DNA of 64,000 nt from an uncultured Acidimicrobiaceae bacterium (GTDB taxonomy: Bacteria; Actinomycetota; Acidimicrobiia; Acidimicrobiales; Salinilacustritrichaceae). Shown here in pieces: positions 36,608 to 46,084 of this stretch. The stretch is from assembly GCA_963730345.1 (NCBI GenBank), contig CAVSRP010000037.1:46038-110037 (forward strand), given 5' to 3'. Under the pieces are notes generated by a model that saw only the letters and a program-made list of their open reading frames with translations, had not been told where the DNA came from and did not search any database. Made by a program: the position numbers and the translations under genes. Within the stretch, counting starts at the first letter, position 1, and every line of letters starts with the position of its first letter.

Positions 36608-37310
36608 CCTTTTCGGGTCCGCCGTCGTTCAGAGGGTGATGGAAGATCGAGAAATCACCGAACGACTCCACGCCCTCGGCCGGCAGCCGGTGCCGCCCGA
36701 GACGCGGGCCCACCACCTCGCACAGTTGGCTGGGAGGCCGGTGGGGCGCTCGAAGCGCTTCGGCCGGCTGGCGGTGGCCGCGGCCGCGGTCGTCGGATTC
36801 CTGGCCGGGTCCACCGGCTTGGCCATGGCTGGGGTCCTGCCCGACCCGGCCCAGGACGTGGCCCACCACGTGCTCGCCCTCGTACGGGTCGATGTGCCGG
36901 AGGGCACCCGGGGTGCGTGCGTCAGCGCGGCCGCTCGTGACAAGACGCTGAGCAAGGCGGCCAAGCAGGCAGCCAAGGACGCCTGCCCGAAGGGAGGCCC
37001 GCCCGACGGCGCGGGGACCCCCGATGCCGGAACGGGACGGCCGGACACCGCACCGGGTCCGGCCGGCGCGAGCGACCCGTGCCACGGCAAGCCACCGTGG
37101 GCCGGTCGCAACGACCTCACTCCCGAGCAACGGGACGCGATGAAGGCCGATCGCGCCGCCACCTGCGGCACCGACGACACCGAGACCGACGACACCCGAG
37201 CCGAGGGCACCGAGACCGACGACACCGAGACCGACGACACCGCCCCCACCACCGACCAGTCGGTGCCCACCACCGGACAGAGCGTGCCGACCACCGAGCC
37301 CGGCAGCTGA
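36591..37310 (+). CDS. Candidate membrane-anchored anti-sigma factor with a Thr/Asp-rich repetitive C-terminus
   Basis: The ATG overlaps the sigma gene 3' end. There is a single TM (LAVAAAAVVGFLAGSTGLAMAGVL). The tail reads TDDTETDDTRAEGTETDDTETDDTAPTTDQSVPTTGQSVPTT. The function is inferred from position only. Confidence 0.5.
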   Translation: MTGPRDLFGSAVVQRVMEDREITERLHALGRQPVPPETRAHHLAQLAGRPVGRSKRFGRLAVAAAAVVGFLAGSTGLAMAGVLPDPAQDVAHHVLALVRVDVPEGTRGACVSAAARDKTLSKAAKQAAKDACPKGGPPDGAGTPDAGTGRPDTAPGPAGASDPCHGKPPWAGRNDLTPEQRDAMKADRAATCGTDDTETDDTRAEGTETDDTETDDTAPTTDQSVPTTGQSVPTTEPGS

Positions 37311-37313
37311 TCG

Positions 37314-37664
37314 TCAGGGCCGCGGCCGACCGACGCCGATGCCCAGGGCCCGCCGAGCGCGCCACTCGGCCTGGATCTCGAAGGGGATCCGCCGGTAGGC
37401 CCCTCGGTGGTGATGCCGTCGCAGTCGCCCCGCGGCGTAGGCCCACAGGTACCGGCGGAAGAACCCGAGCCATCCGAACCGGGCGAACTGGAGCACATGT
37501 TCGTACTCGTGGCGCCGCAACCGGTCGGTGAGCACGACGCCGCGGCGGACGAACACGGTGGAACCGAGCGTGGTCGCCGCCGCGCCCGGAGCGGCGATGC
37601 CCTTCACGACTCGCATCGCCGTGATGTCCGGCGGGGACGGTCGGCGACGGAACACCACGGCCAC
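37314..37664 (-). CDS. Small basic protein with an HExxH motif (DUF4157-like putative metallopeptidase fold)
   Basis: TTLGSTVFVRRGVVLTDRLRRHEYEHVLQF resembles the DUF4157 pattern. 116 aa. Confidence 0.45.
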   Translation of the reverse strand: MAVVFRRRPSPPDITAMRVVKGIAAPGAAATTLGSTVFVRRGVVLTDRLRRHEYEHVLQFARFGWLGFFRRYLWAYAAGRLRRHHHRGAYRRIPFEIQAEWRARRALGIGVGRPRP

Positions 37665-37677
37665 CGGCCCGCGCCGC

Positions 37678-38397
37678 TCAGTAGAGCGCGGTGCTCAACT
37701 TCTTGCGGTATTCGGCCGTGCGCGGATCGGTGGGACCCATGAGCTCGAGCATGTCGACGTAGCTCTGCCGGGCGTCATCGTCGTTCTTGACCTGGGCGAG
37801 CAGCGTGTCGAGCTGGGATTCGACGTCGTCGGGCACATCGGGGTTGGCGGCCCGGGCCTGGGCGGCGATCAGGCGGGTGTCGGCGGTCTCCGGGATCTTG
37901 GCCAGCAGCTCGAGTGCTTCTGCCTTGGCGTGGGGATCGCCGGAATCCACCAGGAGCGCCGCCAGCTTGGTGATGGCCTCTGCGTTGTCGGGCTCGAGCT
38001 CGAGCACCTGGCGGAGCGCGGCCTCGTCACCGGCGTCGAGGAGCTGGCGGATCTGGGACTCCTCCGCCGACGGGACGAGGTTGGCAACCCAGGCGGCAAC
38101 GGTCTGCTCGGGCTGGGCACCCACGAATCCGTCGACCACCTTGCCGTCGCGCAGGGCGTACACCGCCGGGATGGACTGGACCTGGAAGGCCTGAGCCACC
38201 GCGGGGTTGGCGTCGACATCGACCTTGGCCAGGACGACCTTGCCGTCGGTGGCGGCCACGACCTTCTCGATGATCGGGCCCAGTGTCTTGCATGGTCCGC
38301 ACCAGTCGGCCCAGAGGTCGACGACGACCGGTACCTGGGTCGAACGGTCGATGACCTCGGTCTGGAAGGTGGCATCGGTGACATCGATGTACGCCAT
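37678..38397 (-). CDS. Thioredoxin-domain plus TPR-like co-chaperone (YbbN/CnoX-like)
   Basis: The N-terminal thioredoxin fold carries WADWCGPCK. The C-terminal helical repeat region ends in YRKKLSTALY. Confidence 0.85.
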   Translation of the reverse strand: MAYIDVTDATFQTEVIDRSTQVPVVVDLWADWCGPCKTLGPIIEKVVAATDGKVVLAKVDVDANPAVAQAFQVQSIPAVYALRDGKVVDGFVGAQPEQTVAAWVANLVPSAEESQIRQLLDAGDEAALRQVLELEPDNAEAITKLAALLVDSGDPHAKAEALELLAKIPETADTRLIAAQARAANPDVPDDVESQLDTLLAQVKNDDDARQSYVDMLELMGPTDPRTAEYRKKLSTALY

Positions 38398-38526
38398 GGG
38401 GTCAACGCTACCGGGACCGCTCCGGGCTCCGGTCGGCTGGCTCCTCCCGGCGAGACGGGTGCAGACTCACACGACCGGATCGGGGAGCCCGGGCCGGGAC
38501 ACGACCGCTCGACGAGAGGCAACGAC

Positions 38527-39567
38527 GTGGGTGATGTCCAGGGAATCGATCGCGACGCAGTGACGGCGTGGTACGTCGAGCACGTCCCCGGCACCACTCC
38601 CCCGCTCGAGTTCCAACTCATCGCCGGCGGTCACTCCAACCTGACCTTCCGGGTCACCGACGCCGCCGGGCGGGCGACCGTGCTGCGCCGGCCGCCACTC
38701 GGGCAGGTACTGGCCAGCGCCCACGACATGGGACGCGAACACACCATCATCGCTGCGCTCGCCGACACCGACATCCCCGTGGCCCCCGCGCTGGGGTACG
38801 AACCGGGTGAGGAGGTGAACGGCGCGCCGTTCTACGTGATGGACTTCGTCGAGGGCCACATCCTCCGTGATGTCGCATCGGCCGAGCGGCTCAGCGCCTC
38901 GGCGAGGACCCGAACCGGTGACTCCCTGATCGAGGTGCTCGCCGCCATCCACGCCGTCGATCCGGCTGCCGTCGGCCTCGGCGATCTCGGCCGCCGGGAC
39001 GGCTACATCGAGCGTCAGCTCAAGCGTTGGTACGGCCAGTGGAACTCGTCCAAGACCCGGGAGCTGGCCGCCATCGACCAGGTCCACGACGCCCTGGCCG
39101 CCAGCGTGCCGGAACAGGGCCCGGCCGCCATCGTCCACGGCGACTACCGCCTCGACAACTGCATGGTCGACGACGAGGGATCGGTGGTCGCCGTGCTGGA
39201 CTGGGAGCTGTGCACCCTCGGCGATCCGCTGGCCGACGTCGGCCTCCTGATGGTGTATTGGAACGAGCCCGGCGACTCGGCCCAGACCTTGACGGCCGCC
39301 ACCCAGGCCGAGGGGATGCGTCGACGTTCGGAGCTGCTCGACCGCTACGCCACCGCCTCGGGCCGCGACCTGTCGCACATCGACTACTACGTGGCGTTCG
39401 GCTACTGGAAGCTGGCCTGCATCGTGGAAGGGGTGTACGCCCGCTACGTCGGCGGCTCGATGGGCCGTCAGGGCGACGGCGACTTCGATGTCTTCGCCCG
39501 GCAGGTCGAGGCATTGGCGTCGCAGGCTGCGGAGGCCCTCGACCGGATGGCATCCTCGTCGTCGTGA
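38527..39567 (+). CDS. Phosphotransferase-family protein (APH/choline-kinase fold, acyl-CoA dehydrogenase-associated type)
   Basis: GGHSNLTFRV, FYVMDFVEG, IVHGDYRLDNCMV and VLDWELCTLGDPLADVG motifs. GTG at 38527. The upstream part of the track ORF is antisense to the thioredoxin gene. Confidence 0.85.
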   Translation: MGDVQGIDRDAVTAWYVEHVPGTTPPLEFQLIAGGHSNLTFRVTDAAGRATVLRRPPLGQVLASAHDMGREHTIIAALADTDIPVAPALGYEPGEEVNGAPFYVMDFVEGHILRDVASAERLSASARTRTGDSLIEVLAAIHAVDPAAVGLGDLGRRDGYIERQLKRWYGQWNSSKTRELAAIDQVHDALAASVPEQGPAAIVHGDYRLDNCMVDDEGSVVAVLDWELCTLGDPLADVGLLMVYWNEPGDSAQTLTAATQAEGMRRRSELLDRYATASGRDLSHIDYYVAFGYWKLACIVEGVYARYVGGSMGRQGDGDFDVFARQVEALASQAAEALDRMASSSS

Positions 39568-39577
39568 CCGGCTCCCC

Positions 39578-40435
39578 ATGACCCTCTACCAGCTGCACGA
39601 GCGACCCGATCTGGCCTCACCGGTCCTGCTGGTCGCGCTCGACGGGTGGATCGATGCCGGGTTCGCGGCCGGACAGGCCGTCGCCGCACTCCTCGAGCAG
39701 AGCGACGCCCTCCACATCGCCACCTTCGATGCCGATCGGCTCCTCGACTTCCGGGCCCGCCGGCCCACGATGCACCTCGTCGACGGGGTCAACACCGGGC
39801 TCACCTGGGCCAGCACCGAGCTCCACGCCATCCGTTCGGCCAACGGGACCGATGTCCTGGTCCTGGGCGGTGCCGAGCCCGATCACCTGTGGAACTCGTT
39901 CGCGTCCGAGGTCCGCGACCTCGCCATCGATCTCGGCTGCCGGATGCAGCTCGGATTCGGCGCCTACCCCGCCGGTGTGCCGCACACGCGACCGGTCAAC
40001 CTGTCGGCAACGGCGTCCGACGATCAGCTCGCCACCTCGGTCGGCTTCATCCGGGGCACCATCGACGTCCCCGCCGGCGTCGAGGCCGTCCTCGAGCACG
40101 CCTTCACCGAGGCCGGACTCCCTGCGATCGGGATCTGGGCCCAGGTGCCGCACTACGCCGCCACCATGCAGTACCCCGCCGCCGCCGCCCGACTGATCGA
40201 GGGACTCAACCAGGTCGCCGACGCCGACTTCGGGCTCGAAGACCTGCCCGACGAGATCAGCCGGACCCGCAATCGGATCGACGAGCTCATCGCCGGAAAT
40301 CCGGACCACTTGGCGATGATCCGCCAACTCGAGGAGCAGGTCGACGCCCAGACCGAGAGCCAGATCGCCGATCTCCCCAGCGGGGACGATCTGGCCGAGG
40401 AGCTGCAGCGCTTCCTCCGCGAGCAGGGTGACTAG
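39578..40435 (+). CDS. PAC2-family (proteasome assembly chaperone-like) protein
   Basis: SPVLLVALDGWIDAGFAAGQA...GIWAQVPHY is characteristic of actinobacterial PAC2 proteins. Confidence 0.75.
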   Translation: MTLYQLHERPDLASPVLLVALDGWIDAGFAAGQAVAALLEQSDALHIATFDADRLLDFRARRPTMHLVDGVNTGLTWASTELHAIRSANGTDVLVLGGAEPDHLWNSFASEVRDLAIDLGCRMQLGFGAYPAGVPHTRPVNLSATASDDQLATSVGFIRGTIDVPAGVEAVLEHAFTEAGLPAIGIWAQVPHYAATMQYPAAAARLIEGLNQVADADFGLEDLPDEISRTRNRIDELIAGNPDHLAMIRQLEEQVDAQTESQIADLPSGDDLAEELQRFLREQGD

Positions 40436-40477
40436 TCGGGCACAGTTGACTGTTCGGTCAAGTGTTAGCGTCTGCCC

Positions 40478-41485
40478 ATGAAGATCGACGGGGGAATCGG
40501 ACTCGACCTCACCAAGGCGGCAGCCGCGGCCAAGGAGGCCGAGGACTTCGGCTACGACGGCATCTGGGTGCCCGAAACCTCGCGCGACCCCTTCCTGCCG
40601 CTCACCATCGCCGCCGAACACACGGACCGCATCGAGATCGGAACGTCCATCGCGGTGGCGTTCGCCCGATCGCCGATGACCACGGCCAACACGGCTTACG
40701 ACCTCACCGAGTTCTCGAAGGGCCGTTTCATCCTCGGTCTCGGTAGCCAGATCAAGCCCCACATCACCAAGCGCTTCTCGATGGAGTGGTCGAAGCCCGC
40801 GGCGCGGATGCGCGAGTTCGTGTTGGCCATGCGGGCGATCTGGGACTGCTGGATGAACGACGAGAAGCTCGACTTCCGGGGCGACTTCTACACCCACACC
40901 CTGATGACGCCGTTCTTCGACCCGGGCCCGCACGACTTCGGCATCCCGCGCGTGTTCCTCGCCGGCGTCGGCCCGCTGATGACCGAGGTGGCCGGCGAGG
41001 TCTGCGACGGGTTCTTCTGCCATGGGTTCACCACCGAGAAGTACCTCCGCGAGGTGACCCTGCCCGCGCTCGAGAAGGGACGCGAGAAGGCCGGCAAGAC
41101 GCTCGATGGCTTCGAGATCTGCGGCCCCAGCTTCGTGGTCACCGGCAACACGGCCGAGGAGCTCGAGCAGGCCAAGGTCGGCACCCGTCAACAGATCGCC
41201 TTCTACGGCTCGACCCCCGCCTACCGACCGGTGCTCGAGTGCCACGGCTGGGGCGACCTGCAGGGCGAGCTCAACCGGCTCTCCAAGGAAGGCAAGTGGA
41301 CCGAGATGGGGACCCTCATCGACGACGAGGTCCTCGAGACCTTCGCCGTGGTCGGCGAGCCCGAGCAGATCGGCCCCGAGCTGAACCGGCGCTACGGCGA
41401 CGTGATCTCGCGCATCAGCTTCTACGCGCCGTACGACGCGGATCGCGACCGCTGGCAGAAGGTGCTCGCCGACCTCAAGAACTGA
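40478..41485 (+). CDS. LLM-class F420-dependent oxidoreductase (TIGR03617-like)
   Basis: MKIDGGIG...AEDFGYDGIWVPETSRDPFLPL...GLGSQIKPHITKRFSMEW...FYAP. Confidence 0.8.
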   Translation: MKIDGGIGLDLTKAAAAAKEAEDFGYDGIWVPETSRDPFLPLTIAAEHTDRIEIGTSIAVAFARSPMTTANTAYDLTEFSKGRFILGLGSQIKPHITKRFSMEWSKPAARMREFVLAMRAIWDCWMNDEKLDFRGDFYTHTLMTPFFDPGPHDFGIPRVFLAGVGPLMTEVAGEVCDGFFCHGFTTEKYLREVTLPALEKGREKAGKTLDGFEICGPSFVVTGNTAEELEQAKVGTRQQIAFYGSTPAYRPVLECHGWGDLQGELNRLSKEGKWTEMGTLIDDEVLETFAVVGEPEQIGPELNRRYGDVISRISFYAPYDADRDRWQKVLADLKN

Positions 41486-41497
41486 CCGCCGGGCGGG

Positions 41498-42814
41498 TCA
41501 GGCGTTGAGGAGGAGGAGCAGGCCGCCCACGGTGTAGGCGATCATGACGCCGAGCAGCGGATACTGGCTGCGCACGGCCACCTTCGGTGGATAGATCTCG
41601 ACCGCTCGATCGTGGGCGGCGATCACCCCGGCGACATGGCCGGTCACGATGGCCCCGACCTGGACATAGGCGATCTGACGCGGCGTGACCCACGTGTAGT
41701 GGATGACGTTGGACGCGGTCCCGAACAGGTCCCAGCCCTGGCCGAACGGATCGGACATCAGGGCCACGAACGCCTGGCCCTCGAAGACCAGCAGCGAGAA
41801 GTAGTGGGCAATGGCGTAGGCGAGCACGATGGGCACCAACGACGGGACCCAGCGCCACGCTTGCTGCAGGGTGCCCTCGTCGTCATCGGCCAAGATGGCC
41901 ACCAACCGGGTCGCCACCAGGAACAGCACCGACACGGTGCCCACCACGAGGGCCATGCCGATGCTGCTGACGACGGTGTGATCCCACCCTCGCCGCGATC
42001 CGAGCTGGTCCGACCAGAACTGGGTGCGGGAGAACCCGTCGAACGACGTCCCGCCCAACAGCACCAGCACCACCCCCAGCGTGCCCCTCCGGGGCTCGAT
42101 GGTGGCCAGGCCGGCACCGGGCCACCGCAGGCGCAGCCGGCCGGAGTCGTCGTGATGGAACGGTGACAACGCGGCGATGAGCGAGAACATCACCGCGAAC
42201 CCGTCGCCGACCCGGGTCCATGCCGCGCCGAAGCGGAGCGCGCCGGCGAGCACGAACGCGGTGTAGAGCCCCAGGAACAGACCGACTGCTCCGGTCGAGC
42301 CCGGCTTGTAGTAGGCCAGCTCGAGCCACTCGTAGACCAGGAGCGCGATGGCTGCGGGCCAGTGGGTGGCCCAGAACCCGGTGGCGGAGTCGGCTCGTGG
42401 GTCGCGTCCCGCCAGCCGATCGAAGCCGACCGCGATGGTGTGGAGCGGATTGATCGTGCGCCACACGTCGCCGAACACCGCGCTGACGATCGGCATCCCG
42501 ACCCAGAACATGACGTAGAACGCGGTCGGCGCGACGTTGACGGCGACGGAATCGACGCCGAACCAGGCCGCGGCGAGGGTCAGCACGAACAGGGCCAGCA
42601 TCGCCACCTGGGAGACGATGGTCCCGACCCGCCAGGTGCCGTCGAGCCAGTTCGGAGCTCGCCGGCCACCCGCGGCCGCGGCCAGCCGGGGCCGCGGCCA
42701 CAGGATCCGCAGCGCGACGAACGAGATGAGGAGGGCGAAGGCGGCGGCGTACGCGAACAGCCAGACCGGGACGGGGAGGTCCGAACGGCTGCTGACACCG
42801 TGGGCGTAGATCAC
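41498..42814 (-). CDS. Polytopic membrane protein of unknown function
   Basis: GTG at 42814 overlaps the lipoprotein stop (GTGA). It starts IYAHGVSSRSDLPVPVW and has about 11 hydrophobic segments. The track ORF 5' extension overlaps the lipoprotein gene. Confidence 0.6.
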   Translation of the reverse strand: MIYAHGVSSRSDLPVPVWLFAYAAAFALLISFVALRILWPRPRLAAAAGGRRAPNWLDGTWRVGTIVSQVAMLALFVLTLAAAWFGVDSVAVNVAPTAFYVMFWVGMPIVSAVFGDVWRTINPLHTIAVGFDRLAGRDPRADSATGFWATHWPAAIALLVYEWLELAYYKPGSTGAVGLFLGLYTAFVLAGALRFGAAWTRVGDGFAVMFSLIAALSPFHHDDSGRLRLRWPGAGLATIEPRRGTLGVVLVLLGGTSFDGFSRTQFWSDQLGSRRGWDHTVVSSIGMALVVGTVSVLFLVATRLVAILADDDEGTLQQAWRWVPSLVPIVLAYAIAHYFSLLVFEGQAFVALMSDPFGQGWDLFGTASNVIHYTWVTPRQIAYVQVGAIVTGHVAGVIAAHDRAVEIYPPKVAVRSQYPLLGVMIAYTVGGLLLLLNA

Positions 42815-43242
42815 GAGATCTCGAGCTCGACGAGCTTGATCCCCTCGTTCTCCAGCTCCGCCTCGAACACCCCGGGAATGGTGGCATCGAAGGTGAGATC
42901 GGCGGTCTCGCCGGCGGCGACGTCGACCATGATGTCGTAGCCGTGGAGGTGGATCTCGTCGGCGACATCGCTGGTCACCCGCAGCGTGACGGTGTCGCCC
43001 AGCGAGATCTTCTTGCGTCCACCACCGGTGACATCGCCGCTGGCGACGGTGATGTCGACCACCGTGCCGAGGTCGGCGCCGGCCGTGGTGGTCGAGCCCT
43101 CGGCCGCGGTGGTGTTGGTGGCCGCCGTCGTGGTCGATGTCGAAGTGGCGGTGGTGGCCGTGGTGTCGTCGCCGCACGCGGCGAGGACGAGGGCGGACGC
43201 GAACAGCAGTGCGATCGCGCCGCGGAGGGCGGGGTGGTGCAT
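42811..43242 (-). CDS. Lipoprotein with a Thr-rich linker and a small beta-sandwich (cupredoxin-like?) domain
   Basis: Lipobox LVLAAC. The domain reads ITVASGDVTGGGRKKISLGDTVTLRVTSDVADEIHLHGYD...PGVFEAELE. Confidence 0.6.
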   Translation of the reverse strand: MHHPALRGAIALLFASALVLAACGDDTTATTATSTSTTTAATNTTAAEGSTTTAGADLGTVVDITVASGDVTGGGRKKISLGDTVTLRVTSDVADEIHLHGYDIMVDVAAGETADLTFDATIPGVFEAELENEGIKLVELEIS

Positions 43243-43294
43243 GGTCTTCTCCTCAGGGTCGATGGATGGCCGCGCCCGGGTGAGCGCGGCAGGT

Positions 43295-43852
43295 TCAACG
43301 GGGTGAACCCACCATCGGAGGCGCCCGGAGCCCCACGGCCACCGGGGTCTCGGTTGACCAGCTCAGCGATCGAGGGAGCCACGGCGCCGCGACGAGCGCC
43401 GGTCCCACGCTTCGAGCGCGACTGCCCGAGACGAAGCGCACGGCCCGCCGCACCAGGTCGATGGAGCGCACGACGACAACGGCGACGACCACTTGGGCGA
43501 CGATGCCCACCCACACGCCGCGCTCGACCAGCGCGCTGCCGGCCCCCGCGCCGCTCACGATCCGTTCGGCGATCTCCTGGGCCCCGAAGATGGCGAGTTG
43601 CGCCATCACCAGGTGACGGGTGTCGATCCGGCCGGCCATGTCCAGCGTCCGGGCCGTGCGTATGCCCCACACCAGCGCGACGAACACGCCGAGCGGGACG
43701 ATCGCCGACGCCGCGATCGGGAGGTAGACGTGGCCCCCCAGCGCGGCCTCCCGGCCGGCGGCATCGGGGTGGGCGATGGCGTATCCCGTGATGTGACCGA
43801 CCGCGACGCCGGCCACGGCCAGCATCCAGAACGCGATCCGTCGGGGAGTCAT
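43295..43852 (-). CDS. Small integral membrane protein of unknown function
   Basis: ATG at 43852 (MTPRRIAFWMLAVAGVAVGHITGYAIAHPD). It has four hydrophobic segments and starts 11 nt after the FAAL stop. Confidence 0.5.
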   Translation of the reverse strand: MTPRRIAFWMLAVAGVAVGHITGYAIAHPDAAGREAALGGHVYLPIAASAIVPLGVFVALVWGIRTARTLDMAGRIDTRHLVMAQLAIFGAQEIAERIVSGAGAGSALVERGVWVGIVAQVVVAVVVVRSIDLVRRAVRFVSGSRARSVGPALVAAPWLPRSLSWSTETPVAVGLRAPPMVGSPR

Positions 43853-43862
43853 CGGCGCCAGG

Positions 43863-45515
43863 CTAGACCGGCTGCAACTCCCGGCCCAGGTACTGATCGC
43901 GGCACAAGCTGCGCTGGAGCTTGCCGCTGCTCGTCTTGGGCAGGGTCCCGGGCGCGACCAGGACAACCTCCCTCGCGGGTATCCCCACCACCTCCCGGAC
44001 GCGAGCTTGCACGGCCCGACGGACCGGCTCGAGGTCGGTCGCCTTCGACTCGGCCACGACCACCAGGCTCTCGCGACCCTTGTTGGATTCCACCCCGAAC
44101 GCGATGACGTTGCCGGCCCGGATGCCGTCGATGCCGCTGCAGGCCCGTTCCACGTCTTCGGGGAACACGTTCCGTCCGCCCACGACGATCACGTCCTTGA
44201 TCCGACCGCACAACACGAGCTCGCCGTCGACCAGGTACCCCAGATCACCGGTACGCAGCCAGTCCTCGTGGAACAGTTCGGCGTCCAGCTCGGGACGGTT
44301 GTGATAGCCGGAGCACACGGACGAGCCGCGGATCTCCAGTTCCCCCACCTCGCGCTCGAGGCGCGGCCGGCCGTCGCCAGGATCGACGACCCGGATCTCG
44401 AGGCCGGGTACGGGATAGCCGAGCCGGGCGAAGCCGCGCGACCCGGCGGCACCCGGAGCCGCCGGTGCCGCGTAGCGCTCGGTCTCGAGGACTCGTCGGT
44501 CGACGGTGTCGACCACCATGCCCCGACCCGGGGGCGGGAACGTTCCCGCGATCGCCACCTCGGCCATCCCGAAGGCGGGGAAGACGGCGCCGGGATCCAT
44601 GCCGAAGGGCGTCGCAGCGGCGACGAAGTCCTCGACCGTGGCCGGATCGACCGGTTCGGCGCCGTTGAGCACGACCCGCAACGACGACAGGTCCAATGCC
44701 CGGTCCTCGGCCGCGGCCCGGCGCAGCGCCCGACTCGCCAACACGTAGGAGAAGTTCGGTCCCGCGGTGGCGGTGCCGCGGTAGCGCGACATCCACTCCA
44801 TCCAGCGACCGGGGGCGGCGAGGAAGTCCTGCGGCGCTCCGAGAACGAGCCGGGTCCCGGTGGTCATCGCCAGGCTGAGGAGTCCGACCAGTCCCATGTC
44901 GTGGTACAGCGGCAGCCAGGAGACGAGGACATCGGTGGCGACATCGAGCTCGGCCGCGATCTCGATGGCGTCGAGATTGGCGCAGACGGCTCGGTGCGGG
45001 AGCACGACACCTTTCGGGTCGGAGGTCGAACCGCTGGTGAACTGCAGGACCGCGGCCGCCGCGGGGTCGGGCGCCGGTGCAACGAAGGCGGCACGCTGGT
45101 CGAGGTCCTCGAAGCTGACCATCGGCGGATCGCCGGGCTCGAGCTGCACGAAAGGGGTCAGCTCGGCGTCGGCGACGAGGAGCGACACGTCGGCGCCGTG
45201 GACCCGCCTCCTGGTCTGGGTGACGAACTCGTCGAGTGAGCCCATCCGCATCGGGAGCGGGAGGACGACGAGCGTGGCACCAGTCAGCCAGACGGCCTGG
45301 ATCGCGGTGACGAACGACCGGCTGGTGGGCCCGAGGAGGGCGACGTGATCGCCAGGACGAACCCCGAGCTGTTGGAGGCCGCCCGCCATGGAGGTGGCAT
45401 CGTCGTGGACCTCGGCCCACGGGACCGTGACGTGCACGTCACCCGAGATGAAGGTGACCTCATGGCCGAGCGTGGCCCCGGCGACGATTCGTTCTGGGAG
45501 CGTCTGCACGGTCAT
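43863..45515 (-). CDS. Fatty acyl-AMP ligase / AMP-dependent synthetase (FAAL-like)
   Basis: LQFTSGSTSDPKGVVLPH (A3), WLPLYHDMGL, GDLGY, and a C-terminal PKTSSGKLQR. It has the FAAL-type N-terminus and insertion-like region. Confidence 0.85.
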   Translation of the reverse strand: MTVQTLPERIVAGATLGHEVTFISGDVHVTVPWAEVHDDATSMAGGLQQLGVRPGDHVALLGPTSRSFVTAIQAVWLTGATLVVLPLPMRMGSLDEFVTQTRRRVHGADVSLLVADAELTPFVQLEPGDPPMVSFEDLDQRAAFVAPAPDPAAAAVLQFTSGSTSDPKGVVLPHRAVCANLDAIEIAAELDVATDVLVSWLPLYHDMGLVGLLSLAMTTGTRLVLGAPQDFLAAPGRWMEWMSRYRGTATAGPNFSYVLASRALRRAAAEDRALDLSSLRVVLNGAEPVDPATVEDFVAAATPFGMDPGAVFPAFGMAEVAIAGTFPPPGRGMVVDTVDRRVLETERYAAPAAPGAAGSRGFARLGYPVPGLEIRVVDPGDGRPRLEREVGELEIRGSSVCSGYHNRPELDAELFHEDWLRTGDLGYLVDGELVLCGRIKDVIVVGGRNVFPEDVERACSGIDGIRAGNVIAFGVESNKGRESLVVVAESKATDLEPVRRAVQARVREVVGIPAREVVLVAPGTLPKTSSGKLQRSLCRDQYLGRELQPV

Positions 45516-45586
45516 GTGACCGAGCGGGTCCCGGTCCCGTTACCGAGACGTTGGCTCGACGGCCGGTGGTCTGGAAGGCTGCGGCG

Positions 45587-46060
45587 ATGAAGCCGATCAC
45601 GCCGAAACCGCTCGACTGGATCAGTTCTGCACCCGTGTCGGTGACTCGCACCCGTCGCATCGCGGCGCCCAGTGACCAGGTCTGGGCTGCGATCGCCGAC
45701 CACGAGGGCTGGCCCGCGTGGTTCGAGCCGCTCACCGCAGTCGAACGGCTCGATGCCGCCGACGGCGTCGGCGGCCACCGACGGGTGCACATCCGCAAGG
45801 TGGCGGTCGAAGAGGAGTTCCTCGCGTGGGAGCCGGGTGAGCGGTTCGCCTTCACCGTGACCCACGCCAACATGCCGGGCATCAAGTCGATGGTCGAGGA
45901 GGTCCGCCTCGTCGCCGACGGCGAGCACGCCACCACGGTGAGCTACACGCAGGCCATCCAACCGGCGGCTGCGACCGTGACCGCTCCTCTGCTCCGCCGC
46001 CTCGTCCCCAAGGCGATCGACAAAGGGCTCGCCGGCCTGGCCCGCCTGCTCGAGGGCTGA
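45587..46060 (+). CDS. SRPBCC-family (polyketide cyclase/dehydrase-like) protein
   Basis: RRIAAPSDQVWAAIADHEGWPAWF... is a typical SRPBCC N-terminus. About 157 aa. Confidence 0.7.
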   Translation: MKPITPKPLDWISSAPVSVTRTRRIAAPSDQVWAAIADHEGWPAWFEPLTAVERLDAADGVGGHRRVHIRKVAVEEEFLAWEPGERFAFTVTHANMPGIKSMVEEVRLVADGEHATTVSYTQAIQPAAATVTAPLLRRLVPKAIDKGLAGLARLLEG

Positions 46061-46084
46061 CGGGCCAGGCGCCGGCTCGCCGGA

